In this document: positions 13,221 to 24,720 of the stretch, piece after piece
Position numbering within the stretch: the stretch's first letter is position 1
Layout: each line of letters begins with the position of its first letter
Source of the DNA: Octopus bimaculoides
Lineage: Eukaryota
Assembly (NCBI RefSeq): GCF_001194135.2
Contig: NC_068988.1
Span: 73,282,008-73,346,007, forward strand
DNA: 64,000 nucleotides
Reading direction: 5' to 3'
Notes under the pieces: generated by a model
What the model was told of the DNA's origin: nothing
Databases searched by the model: none
The model's input: the letters and a program-made list of their open reading frames with translations, nothing else
Program-made: the position numbers and the translations under genes

Positions 13221-13655
13221 CCCCAGCACTAGCAATAATTTTATTATATCCACTCAAAACATCATCATTTTGCCGACTGCTGCAATTTACTTGGGTGTCA
13301 GCAATTTGGCTTCTAACACATCTGTGATATTTTTTCTTCTAGTATAGCTGTATTTACTTTTTATTATCAAATCAATTGTTTATAGATGTGTGCACACACA
13401 AGCACAATAATATGCATACCTTATCCTCCTTCCATCTCTCTGTACGTTTATATATGTATATATATATATATATATATNNNNNNNNNNNNNNNNNNNNNNN
13501 NNNNNNNNNNNNNNNNNNNNNNNNNNNNNNNNNNNNNNNNNNNNNNNNNNNNNNNNNNNNNNNNNNNNNNNNNNNNNNNNNNNNNNNNNNNNNNNNNNNN
13601 NNNNNNNNNNNNNNNNNNNNNNNNNNNNNNNNNNNATATATATATATATATACAC

Positions 13656-13687
<32 letters not shown>

Positions 13688-13885
13688 GCACGCACACACA
13701 CACACACACATATACATACATATATATGTATGTATGCATAAGTTTAAATGCATAGATATAAATACACATGTATGTATATGAATATGTGTGTACATATATT
13801 TCATATGCAGGTATGCGTTTAATGTCTATATGTTTACACACATATATATACTTATATATAAATATAAATATGTATGTATATATAC

Positions 13886-13935
<50 letters not shown>

Positions 13936-15397
13936 TGTTGTCATCATTGGCTGTCCATCATTGTTTGATGTTGACTGTTCTGTTAAGAAATCATCTCTGG
14001 TAGGCTAACATGTGGGCTATAAGGCCTGCTCTTGATTTGTCTATAGCTATGTGTGTACTTGTGTAAACAGGAAATAGCTCTTCTTTCAAACATGTTATAT
14101 TAAAAACATGAATGTGTTCAAGCTTCATCTTTTTCATAACTGTTAATAGTTCCTTATTAATCCTTTATGTTTGGTTGGGTAATGTTCCTTATTGTACTGC
14201 TAAAACTACACAAACTGAAAATATGATATACAAGAACCAAATGTGCTATGATTATAAAATGGATGAATATATCGTTAAAAGATTTATAAAGTAGAGCACA
14301 ATCTGTAATACAACTCAGCACAAACTTACAGTTACAATACATTACAATAATACCAGAATGAATCATAACCTTATTCACATGAAACCACAAACACCCTTTT
14401 GTTGATTGAACATGCATTTGTACTAAGGAACCAATGCAACTCATGATAATGCAGTATGCAAAATAAAGTTGGATAGAAAATACTAGTTGACAACGCTACC
14501 ATTTTTTAATAGAATCACACACACACAAAGGAGAAGATGAGAGGAGTAGCTATTGAAGCTTTACTAACAGAAAGACACAAACCTAAATTCATTCCATATA
14601 CATCACCCATAAAAAACATGTTTAAAATCATGAAATCTACCAAGATCTACTATAATGTAATTTTAAATCCAATGTTGAAGATCTTATTAGTTATGAAATT
14701 ATTCCCAAGACCCTTTGCGACTTATCACAGAATGCATGGACCATCACAACTGTTTAATTTTAAAATGTGTGCCATCACAACCGTTTAATTTTAAAATGAG
14801 ATTGTGGAAGCTTTGCAATGTAGGACCAATGGAACATTATACCAATTTAAACAAAAGATTAGTAAAATAATATTTAAAATCCTAAATAAAAAAGATCAAA
14901 CTTAAACATAAATGTGTTCTTAATATGCGTATGAGTGTATCTACATAAATATTTATATATAAGCACACATTTATATGTACACATAAGTTGGCTTTGCAAT
15001 CATGAGGTCCTGGGTTTAATTCTACTGCATGGCATCTTGGGCAATTGTCATTCTCTGTATCCACACAATAACCTGTAGCTTGTGATTGAAATTGGGAAGA
15101 CATTGACTCAGTCAGGTGAGTTGACCTAAATTTCAAACATTGTGTTACACCAAATCTGCCTGACAATTATATTAACAATACACATGTCTGTGGAATGCTC
15201 AGCTGCTTACATGCTAATTCAAGAGTAGATAATTTAGTTAATTGAACTACTGTATTCTCATCACTGACACTGGAAATTCACCATACACATCTACATATAT
15301 TCACAAACTCACACACGCACAGATACCTCTGGGTGTGTGTGTATGTGTATATATGTGTGTGTGTGTGTATGTGTATATATGTGTGTGTGTGTGTATG

Positions 15398-15890
15398 TAT
15401 GAGAGAAAGAAAATGGAATTCATGAGACTTTATTATTCACTACAATCGTTTCAACCCATCATGCACTACTGCCTTGTGGGTGGGATGTTTTACAAAGAGT
15501 TGTGGTGTATCATAGATGCAGATGTGGCTCATAAAGGTGACTTGCCAAAAGGTACTTTGCTTTTTAATCTCTGTTTTGCTTATTTGTATTAGAATACATT
15601 TTGGTAGTTGTAGTTTGCTACTTGTCTACATAAAGAACTGGGTTATAACCCAGTTCTTTGTGTAGATGAGTAGCGAACTACATTCACCAAAATGTATTCT
15701 AAGGCAATAAGTGAAACGGAGATTAAATAGGGAGGTGGCTTTTGACAAGTCTCCCGATGAGACACATATGTACCTATGATGCACGACAGCTGTTTGTACA
15801 GCATCTAACCTGTGAGGTATCAGTGCACAATGGGTCAAAACAATCACTGAATAATAAAGAGTTTTGTGAATTCCATTTTCTTTCACACAT
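15398..15890 (+). other. ~490-bp fold-back palindrome (hairpin 1), centre 15645/15646
   Basis: Perfect 28-bp core AAAGAACTGGGTTATAACCCAGTTCTTT. Arms remain alignable for ~245 bp, out to GAAAGAAAATGGAATTCA / TGAATTCCATTTTCTTTC. Confidence 0.95.
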
Positions 15891-16049
15891 ATTTTATAAA
15901 CTCTACAGACATGAAGGAATTTCTGAAGTAAATCCAGTGGTATTTACATCCATACTGTTGATGACATCAGATAGCCGAATATAGTGTATTGGCTTTAAAT
16001 GGCATACTACAAGATGTATATCTAAATTTAAAATAAATACTTATATACA

Positions 16050-16436
16050 TAAACATTATTGATGTCACATTCATGTGTTTTGCTTAAACACTTTGCAGCA
16101 TTACAGGGAATGTTCCTTTAAGATATCATGCGTTAAAAAATACTGTATATCTACAAATCAGGGTGAAACAAATTGCTCTGTAGGTAAATGAGAATTATGA
16201 ATATCAATATTTTGCTGTTATTTCAGGTCCTTGGCACAATATACTTGGGTCACCCTCAAAACAAATTGCAATCACTGGTCTGGATAGTGTAAATGCTGCT
16301 ATACCACATGGTTTTGAGGAATTCAGTATTTTTTAACACATGATATCTTAAAGGGACTTTCCCTGAATGAAATACTGCAGCTAATAAGCATTTAAACTAA
16401 GCAAATACATTAAGTTTGTGACATCAATAATGTTTA
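16050..16436. repeat. Inverted repeat (hairpin 2), arms 16050-16145 and 16324-16436, ~180-bp spacer
   Basis: TAAACATTATTGATGTCACA / TGTGACATCAATAATGTTTA and CCTTTAAGATATCATGCGTTAAAAAATACTG / CAGTATTTTTTAACACATGATATCTTAAAGG. Confidence 0.92.
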
Positions 16437-16494
16437 CATTATTAGAGCTGCTTCTTTTGTAGAAAGGATTATTATAGCTTCTTCTAACTCAGAA

Positions 16495-16533
<39 letters not shown>

Positions 16534-16549
16534 ATATATTGAAAACATA

Positions 16550-16895
16550 TATCCAATTCTATGTTCCTGACTTTTGTTTCACATATTTTCAAAAGAAAAA
16601 ATGACCACTGAAATACTTAGCCACTTACTTTTAACTAAATGTTAATTATAATTATTCATATCATCATCATCATCATCATCATTTAATGTCAGTTTTCCAT
16701 GCTAGTGTGGGTTGGACATTTTGAAGGTCAAACTGTCCAACCCATACCAGCATGGAAAATGGACGTTAAACAATGATGATGATGTATGAATAATTATAAT
16801 TAACATTTCATTAAAAGTAAGTGACTAAGTATTTCGGTTGACATTTTTTCTTTTAAAAATATGTGAAACGGAAGTCAGTAACAGAATTGAATGTG
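16550..16895. repeat. ~345-bp fold-back palindrome (hairpin 3) with two RTE 3' tails at its apex
   Basis: Apex TTTGA-AGG-TCAAA at 16720-16732. The RTE tail with (CAT)n/(ATG)n is on both arms, and pairing continues ~110 bp into non-TE flank (e.g. AAATGTTAATTATAATTATTCATA / TATGAATAATTATAATTAACATTT, perfect). Confidence 0.95.
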
Positions 16896-19243
16896 GGTTC
16901 AAGCAATGGATATATTTATATTGACTAATGTAAATGGATATGTTTATATTGTCTTATGTAAATGTTTTGATATTTGAAGGATGACAGTGATGATTGTTTG
17001 TACATAGCTGTGTGGGTAAGGTGCTTCCTTCCTCTGACCAAGGTGGATTTAGTAGATGGAAACTGAAAAATACCCATCATATATATGTGTGTATGTGTCT
17101 GTGTACTTTTTTCTTAACATCACACAATGGCTGTAAATGAGAATCATCCACATTCTGCTGAGGTTGTTCTGTTCCAGTCATTTGTGAAATTCATATTTGG
17201 TCATGTATGGAAACAGATAAAGGTTGGCAACAGAAAGGACATCCTGCTGATGGAAAATCTACCTTAACAATTAATGGAAAAGTGGATGTTAAATGATGAT
17301 AACATTCACAATGAAAACAAAAGGAAAATCCTTGAATATAAAACAGACATCATTGTTTTGTTAAAACTTTAGTTAGCATTCATAGTCAGTTTTTGTGTCA
17401 GATTTTCAGCAGATGGGGAGAATTTTTTCCAGAAATATTTTGAGAATTGTCTATTTACAGTATTATTTTTACATTTCTTCATAAATTTACTTATAACAAG
17501 TATATGAAATTTTCAAATCTGTGGTAACTTTTTATTTCACTTATTAATTGGATCTTGTGATACAAAAATTTAATTGTCTATTTCTATGTGGTCAAAAGCC
17601 TCTTCAAATTACTAGAGCATTATGTTGTTGGAGGCTATTTTGTCTCCTGATCACTGTATTCTCAATCATTTTCCCATTTTGAGCAACTCTTCATTACTTT
17701 ATCATTGTGCACATGAAGTGGATGTGTTAACTTGAAATTGGCCAGTAATCTGGACAATTTTTTCACTTTCATTTTTTTATACCTTCAGGTTTTGCAAATC
17801 CTTCAAAATTAATAATTGAAGCAAGGTTTTTTTGCCAAATAACGCTCTTAGCCTTCTTTGAAATTCTGTTAAAAGCTGGTGAATTTGATACCTCTTTAAG
17901 AGTAGGTCCTCCTTCCTTATCTGTTGCTTTAGTAAGACTTTCAATGAGTCTTGCGTATAATATGCCTTAAAAGTTGAATGAATCCCCTGGTGTATTGGCT
18001 GAAGAAGTGAAGTTGTATTTCAACATTGTTTTTAGCAGTGGCAGTGGCAATATTGGTATTGTTGTTTTTAATGTCCACTTTCCTTTGCTTGCATGAATCA
18101 AAAGACATTTGTTGAGGCAGATTTTCCAAGAGCAGATGCTCTTCCAATCTCCAACCTTCACCTGTTTCCAAGCAAGCAAGGTAATTGTCCCTCTTGTCCT
18201 TTGAATGCAAACAATACAATGTTCTCATAGAATGATGCAAACTAACAACACTATTTGTCTGATGGCAATGTTTGTTTGCAAGGACACACACGCACTTATA
18301 TACACACACACTTATATACACACACATATGCATACATGCAATGGACTTCTCTCAGTTTCTGTATATCGAATCCACTCACAAGGCTTTTGAGCTTTTGGCA
18401 GTTAAAAAAAAAGAAGATTTTAGCATTTGGCTATGGTTTTACATGGATGCTAGGACCCATATGGATTAAAAGCATGTGGAAAAAAATAGTTTGCTTTCAC
18501 AATATTCTTTTACCTCAGGGATGAATGGGATGAAAAAAAACAGTCTTCAAAAACTAAAGTTGCAATCCAAGATTTTTTATTGGGTTTGTATATGATTAAG
18601 AGATTAAATATTCTTAAATCTTTAGATTTTCTGAAATATAAACAAATAGTGGTTTGAAATTGCAGTCACCACCAAGTTCTTCTGAAATTTTAAATCCAGA
18701 CATTGACAATTCTTCTCTCACCTTGCAGCTCCTTTATAACATATTTTCCTCCAAAAAAATTCTGTTTCATATATATGTTGAAGACTTGAGAGTGGCATGT
18801 AATAATTCTACTCAATAATTTCCTTAAAATTTTGAAAAGATGCTGCTAAGGTCATCTGTTCTGGCTCTTTCATTTTGTAATTTTATATTATTCCAACTGC
18901 TTACTTGAACCATCCATAACCAACAGCAAACATTTTGCAGTCTTCTCTTTTGTCCTTTACCATTGCAAAAATGGGCTAGGTTTTGTACAAATGGTAACAT
19001 AGGTGGAAATTATATGGAATTTTGATTGATTCATGCTAGTCTAGGAGATTGCATTGTGTGCATTCTTAACTCCAGTCAAATATCTTCTTTAAAAATTTTA
19101 CACCCAAATACACACACACACACTACTCCAAATCCTGGTTAGAGTATCCACATAAGGCTAATTTATACCTGCATCAAATTGCCAGAAGTCAAACCAAATC
19201 ATATTTTGAAAATATCATTATTTGGTTTGACTTCATTATAACT

Positions 19244-19333
<90 letters not shown>

Positions 19334-19384
19334 ACATACACACATGCATGCATACATACATACATACATACATACATACATACA

Positions 19385-19820
19385 TGATGGCCGTCCACTC
19401 GTGACCGAGGAAGACCATTGCCGACCTTCAGGAACATTCTGCGCTCTAGTACTAACTTACATTTTGCATTTATGGCTCCATTGGTGGCTAATGAGCTCTG
19501 CTCTTGATAAGCATACACGACCGCAAACATTGCAGATTAAGCTTTCCCCATTCACTATACGAGCCGTGCACTTTCGCGCAGCTCGCTTAAATTCTTCATG
19601 CTGGATACGTGCTCTCTCAAAAGTGTTGATCCCCTCCTTAACCTGCTTCCTCCATCTGTGACGATGACAGGCATTGTTCTCCCAGTCAGTGTCCTGCATA
19701 TCACAAGCCTTTCATGAGGACTTGACACAGTCCTTAAAGCGCAGCCTTAGTTTCTGTTGGAGTCTCTTTCCATTCACAAGTTCTCCATAGAGCATCTGCT
19801 TAGGAATCCTGCTATCCTTC
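19385..19820 (-). mobile_element. 5'-truncated RTE (BovB-like) 3' end flanked by (TACA)n
   Basis: Minus translation DSRIPKQMLYGELVNGKR...LRFKDCV...WRKQVKEG...CNVCGRVCLSRAELISH, a typical RTE C-terminus. Confidence 0.88.
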
Positions 19821-20139
19821 ATACATACATACATACATACATACATACATACATACATACATAATACATACATATAATAGAAACAGGTTTCAAAGAAAAT
19901 AGACTAAACATGGTATAAATAGGGGAAAAGTAAAAAGAAACAAAGAAAATGGACACTAAGTATAAAAGTAATGGCTTTTTTTTTTATAAAACAAAGATAT
20001 ATACATATGAGACTCATAATAATGATTTTTATACTTCTTAATTCCACCTCAAATCATTTATTTGTATGTATATATATCTTTGTTTTATAAAAAAAAGCCA
20101 TTACTTTTATACCTAGTGTGCATTTTCCTTATGTCTTTT

Positions 20140-20178
<39 letters not shown>

Positions 20179-20439
20179 TCAGTAAATAGTGGGGTTGTGT
20201 TAACCGCACGTGGTTATATATATATGTGTATACATATATACATATACATATACCTCATCACCACTAGTTTTATTGCTTTCTTGCTCCAACCAATCACTCT
20301 TACCCTTTATTTTAAAATGAGAGTAGCCAGAAAACTCTTGTGAGTGGTAAGAAACCTGTTCTGCTCTGGCCCTTTTCCCCTTGTACCTAACCTCTTTTTA
20401 CTCATTTCCCAGTGTAAAGTTACTACTACCCCTTTGGGG

Positions 20440-20630
20440 TTCATAGTCTTGCAAGCTGCATGGTCACCTCGGTACATGTGGTAAAGTAGTTGGTGTTAAG
20501 AAGGGCATTTGGTCATAGAAACAATGTCAAAGCTGACACTGGAGCACAATGCAGTCCTTGGGCCTATCAAACTCTGTTAAACCATCCAATCCATACTTGC
20601 ATGGAGAATGGATGTTAAATGATGATGAAG
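20440..20630 (+). mobile_element. RTE 3' UTR terminus with (ATG)n tail
   Basis: GTTGGTGTTAAGAAGGGCAT...CCATCCAATCCATACTTGCATGGAGAATGGATGTTAAATGATGATG. Confidence 0.75.
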
Positions 20631-20639
20631 AGGAGGATA

Positions 20640-21190
20640 TATATGATGGAGCCAAGGTGAGTGAAATTATAGGGCTATATCTTTTAGATATATTGAGAAA
20701 AAATCTTCCTGAAATGGACTGGGATTTATAACATGATAATGGCCTGAATCCTATTAAGAAATTGCAATGGTCATAAGTTACATAAATTTAGAAAAAAAAA
20801 TTGATTCAAATATTTAAGAAATAGAGTTTAGATACTAATATTATTGCTGTTAATTTTCTTGGTGCAATATTTAAACTAGATAATGACAGTTTCAGACCAT
20901 ATCACTAACCAAATGAGAAATTAGAGTATATGCATAGACAATTGACTCATCCAGTTTGGGAACTTGGTTGACAATGTTAGTAAATAGGTATCCTTGATAT
21001 CTTCTGATGCTAGGTATTATAATGAGGCGCTAAGAAATTGCGGGTTCTCCAATAAGTTTAGATACATAAAAACACTTGGAATACATAGCATAAGAATGGG
21101 AATATATGGTAAAACCCAGTATTTAACCTAGCAGTAAGAACAAATATCACCAACCCTCATCTATTTTCAAGCAAGGTAATATTTCCCCAT
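20640..21190 (+). mobile_element. Penelope-like element RT/thumb fragment
   Basis: YDGAKVSEIIGLYLL...DL*HDNGL (degenerate GLYRDDGL), NFLGAIFKL..SFRPY, YYNEALRNCGF, NIW*NPVF...TNI. Confidence 0.8.
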
Positions 21191-21299
21191 AGTCAGACAT
21201 GTGGTTTTAATGGAACACTGGAAATGACAAACATTGCTTGTATTCAAGACAAGGGTACACACAAACATTTACATATACATATACATATGTACATATATA

Positions 21300-21432
21300 C
21301 AATGGGTTTCTTTCAGTTTCTGTCAACCAAATCTTCTCACAAGACTTTGGTTGGCTTTGGGCTATAATAGAAGACATCTGCTCAAGGTGCTGCACAGTGG
21401 GACTTAACCCAGATCACATGGTTGGAAGCAAA
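21300..21432 (-). mobile_element. Abundant tRNA-derived SINE (head + CORE-like part)
   Basis: CTTTCAGTTTCTGTCAACCAAATC...CTATAATAGAAGACA...CAGTGGGAC; same family as 45135-45545. Shorter pieces occur at ~17000-17090, 18340-18390 and 31490-31640. Confidence 0.8.
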
Positions 21433-21663
21433 TATATATATATATATATATANNNNNNNNNNNNNNNNNNNNNNNNNNNNNNNNNNNNNNNNNNNNNNNN
21501 NNNNNNNNNNNNNNNNNNNNNNNNNNNNNNNNNNNNNNNNNNNNNNNNNNNNNNNNNNNNNNNNNNNNNNNNNNNNNNNNNNNNNNNNNNNNNNNNNNNN
21601 NNNNNNNNNNNNNNNNNNNNNNNNNNNNNNNNNNNNNNNNNNNNNNNNNNNNNNNNNNNNNNN

Positions 21664-21722
<59 letters not shown>

Positions 21723-21759
21723 TTGGCTTGATGAGTTTTCTGAAGCACAGCATATTGGC

Positions 21760-22335
21760 AAAGGTCTCAGTCATTTGTCACCGCCTCCATGAAGCCCAAC
21801 ATTTGAAGATCATGTTTCACCACTTTGTCCCATGTCTTCCTGGGTCTACCTCTTCCACAGATTCCCTCTACAGTTAGAAGTCAGTACTTCTTTACACAGC
21901 TGTCCTCATCCATATGCTTCACGTGACCATACCAGTGCAGTTGTCTCTCTTGCACACCGCATCTGATGTCTCTTATGCCTAGTTCCCTCAAGACACATAC
22001 ACTCTGTTGTACATGAACACTGAAATTGCACATCCAGTGAAACATACTAGTTAATTTCTTTCAAGCCTTTGCATTTCCTCTGTGGTCACAGCCCACATTT
22101 CACTGCTATGTAGAATGGCTGTTTGCACACAGGCATCATACAGTCTGCCTTTCATTCTAAGGGAGAAGATCTCTGAACTTTGCTCAACCTATTCTTATTC
22201 TCACAGCTGACTTGGTCACCTAGATAATGGAAACTATCAGCTACTTCTAGGTATCCCTCCTGGCATTTGATGGATTCTCTTTTCTGTACATTTCTAGTGT
22301 TTATTGTACCTGTACATTTGCCACACACAAAGACT
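21760..22335 (-). mobile_element. RTE LINE 3' ORF fragment
   Basis: Minus LEVADSFHYLGDQVS...; homologous to 40060-40690 and 55440-56030. Confidence 0.85.
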
Positions 22336-22619
22336 ATATTCCTTACAAATACATACATGTATATATACATATACATGCAAACTACATAGATACCTGTGTA
22401 CATACATACATACATACATACATACATACACATTCATGTATTTTATTAAAGATTCTCCCATCGTCAGATTTTAGATGAGGGTCTTGCAATTTCTTGCTGA
22501 ACAAACAAACACACAGATGATTCGTTTATTGTGATAAAATTTTTGAGTTTGCATTCCATCAAAATTGACATTGCCTGCATATATATATATTTATATATAT
22601 ATGTATGTGTATATATATA

Positions 22620-23298
22620 NNNNNNNNNNNNNNNNNNNNNNNNNNNNNNNNNNNNNNNNNNNNNNNNNNNNNNNNNNNNNNNNNNNNNNNNNNNNNNNNN
22701 NNNNNNNNNNNNNNNNNNNNNNNNNNNNNNNNNNNNNNNNNNNNNNNNNNNNNNNNNNNNNNNNNNNNNNNNNNNNNNNNNNNNNNNNNNNNNNNNNNNN
22801 NNNNNNNNNNNNNNNNNNNNNNNNNNNNNNNNNNNNNNNNNNNNNNNNNNNNNNNNNNNNNNNNNNNNNNNNNNNNNNNNNNNNNNNNNNNNNNNNNNNN
22901 NNNNNNNNNNNNNNNNNNNNNNNNNNNNNNNNNNNNNNNNNNNNNNNNNNNNNNNNNNNNNNNNNNNNNNNNNNNNNNNNNNNNNNNNNNNNNNNNNNNN
23001 NNNNNNNNNNNNNNNNNNNNNNNNNNNNNNNNNNNNNNNNNNNNNNNNNNNNNNNNNNNNNNNNNNNNNNNNNNNNNNNNNNNNNNNNNNNNNNNNNNNN
23101 NNNNNNNNNNNNNNNNNNNNNNNNNNNNNNNNNNNNNNNNNNNNNNNNNNNNNNNNNNNNNNNNNNNNNNNNNNNNNNNNNNNNNNNNNNNNNNNNNNNN
23201 NNNNNNNNNNNNNNNNNNNNNNNNNNNNNNNNNNNNNNNNNNNNNNNNNNNNNNNNNNNNNNNNNNNNNNNNNNNNNNNNNNNNNNNNNNNNNNNNNN
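22620..23298. other. Assembly gap in (TA)n; other gaps near 7248, 7740, 13478, 21453, 41572 and 44393
   Basis: Runs of N bounded by (TA)n or (GA)n microsatellites. Confidence 0.99.
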
Positions 23299-23336
<38 letters not shown>

Positions 23337-24349
23337 CATATATGTATGTATAGGTAGATAGATAGATAGATAGATAGATAGAATGATAGATAGATAAATG
23401 GATAGATACTTACCAGATGTACAAGGTTTGGATTTTGGTTGCACACAACAAAGATGTTCTTTGCTGTGTTCTGCCAAAATTTAAAAGAATATCATATGGG
23501 AAACTTGCAGTCATCTGTACTTGAATTGTTTGCATGATTCTCATTAAATTACACACACACACACACACACACGTATGTATATCATCCTGTGAATGTTATC
23601 ACCACATTTTTTCTCCAATACATTGACCCTAAAGTATCTCACCTATTTGTTTCATTATTCCAAACTATGTCATCTTCATGATGATAAATATTGTAAATCC
23701 AATGCTTCTGTTATTTCTTTTAGCTTTACAAATCCCCAAAGTCTCTGTCTTTTAGAGTTCTATATTCTAATGCAATCCTTTTATATTTTATTTTTTGTAT
23801 GATATGTGAAGTCATTGATGAAACATTATTCTATTTTTTAATATCTAAAAGAAAGTGATACATAAATTCATGGAAATGATCTTTCATTCCTATACTTATT
23901 CTGAATCTCTTGCTTGGCCTTATTCTCAGATATATATGAATAAAAGTGTGTAAATTGGATTTGTTTTTTTATACATGCTATGTACAAAATCAGTTATCAT
24001 TGTAGTATGAAGAATTTTTGATCTCCTTTCCCAAGTTATGTTGAAACAAATGTTTATAATGTAAAATTATTTTCCATCTTCATATACTGTGAATTCTGTT
24101 CAATCTAGTTAAAATCATTTTGCTTGTTATTGCTAATCATTTGATTTATGTGATTTACAATCTGCCTCAACTTAGTTTCATTTTTATATGCATTCACATA
24201 TGCCTGCTCACACACAAATATACAATTTTCTATGGATATGTTTATGCATGTATCCATTCATACGTACATGCACATGTATGTGTAGATGTGTGTGTATGTG
24301 TGTTTGTGTATGTCTATGTATGTATGTACACATACACACATCTTTTATT

Positions 24350-24530
24350 TTTCATTTGTTTCAGTCACTTGACTCTGGCCATGCTGATGCACCACCTTGC
24401 AATGTTTAAGCCAAACAGACCAACCCCACAGTACTTATTTTTAAGTCTGGTACTTATTCTTTTGGTCTATTTTGCCAAACTGATAAGTTACAGGGATGTA
24501 AACAAACCAACACCAGTTGTTAAGGGACAA

Positions 24531-24581
<51 letters not shown>

Positions 24582-24720
24582 CTTTCTTACAGTTTGTATC
24601 TACCAAATTCAATCACAGGGCATTGGTTGGTCCAGGGCTATGGCAAAAGACGCTTGCCCAAGGTGCTGCACAGTAGAACTGTATCTGAAACCAAGTGGTT
24701 GCAAGGCGAGCTTTATATTC
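24350..24720 (-). mobile_element. Near full-length abundant SINE
   Basis: TTTGTTTCAGTCACTTGACTCTGGCCATGCTG...AAACAAACCAACACCAGTTGT...(CA)n...CTACCAAATTCAATCACAGGGC; aligns with 45135-45545. Confidence 0.8.

Noticed and set aside
17600-19100. Possible minus-strand RT remnant (DYWPIS-like) and several acceptor-like sites (e.g. 17788)
   Set aside because: Isolated motifs without consistent frame or order; acceptor-like strings are common in AT-rich DNA.
19457-19699. C2H2-like CNVCGRVC...H..SH as a second host zinc-finger gene
   Set aside because: It is contiguous with RIPKQMLYGEL, i.e. the RTE LINE C-terminus.
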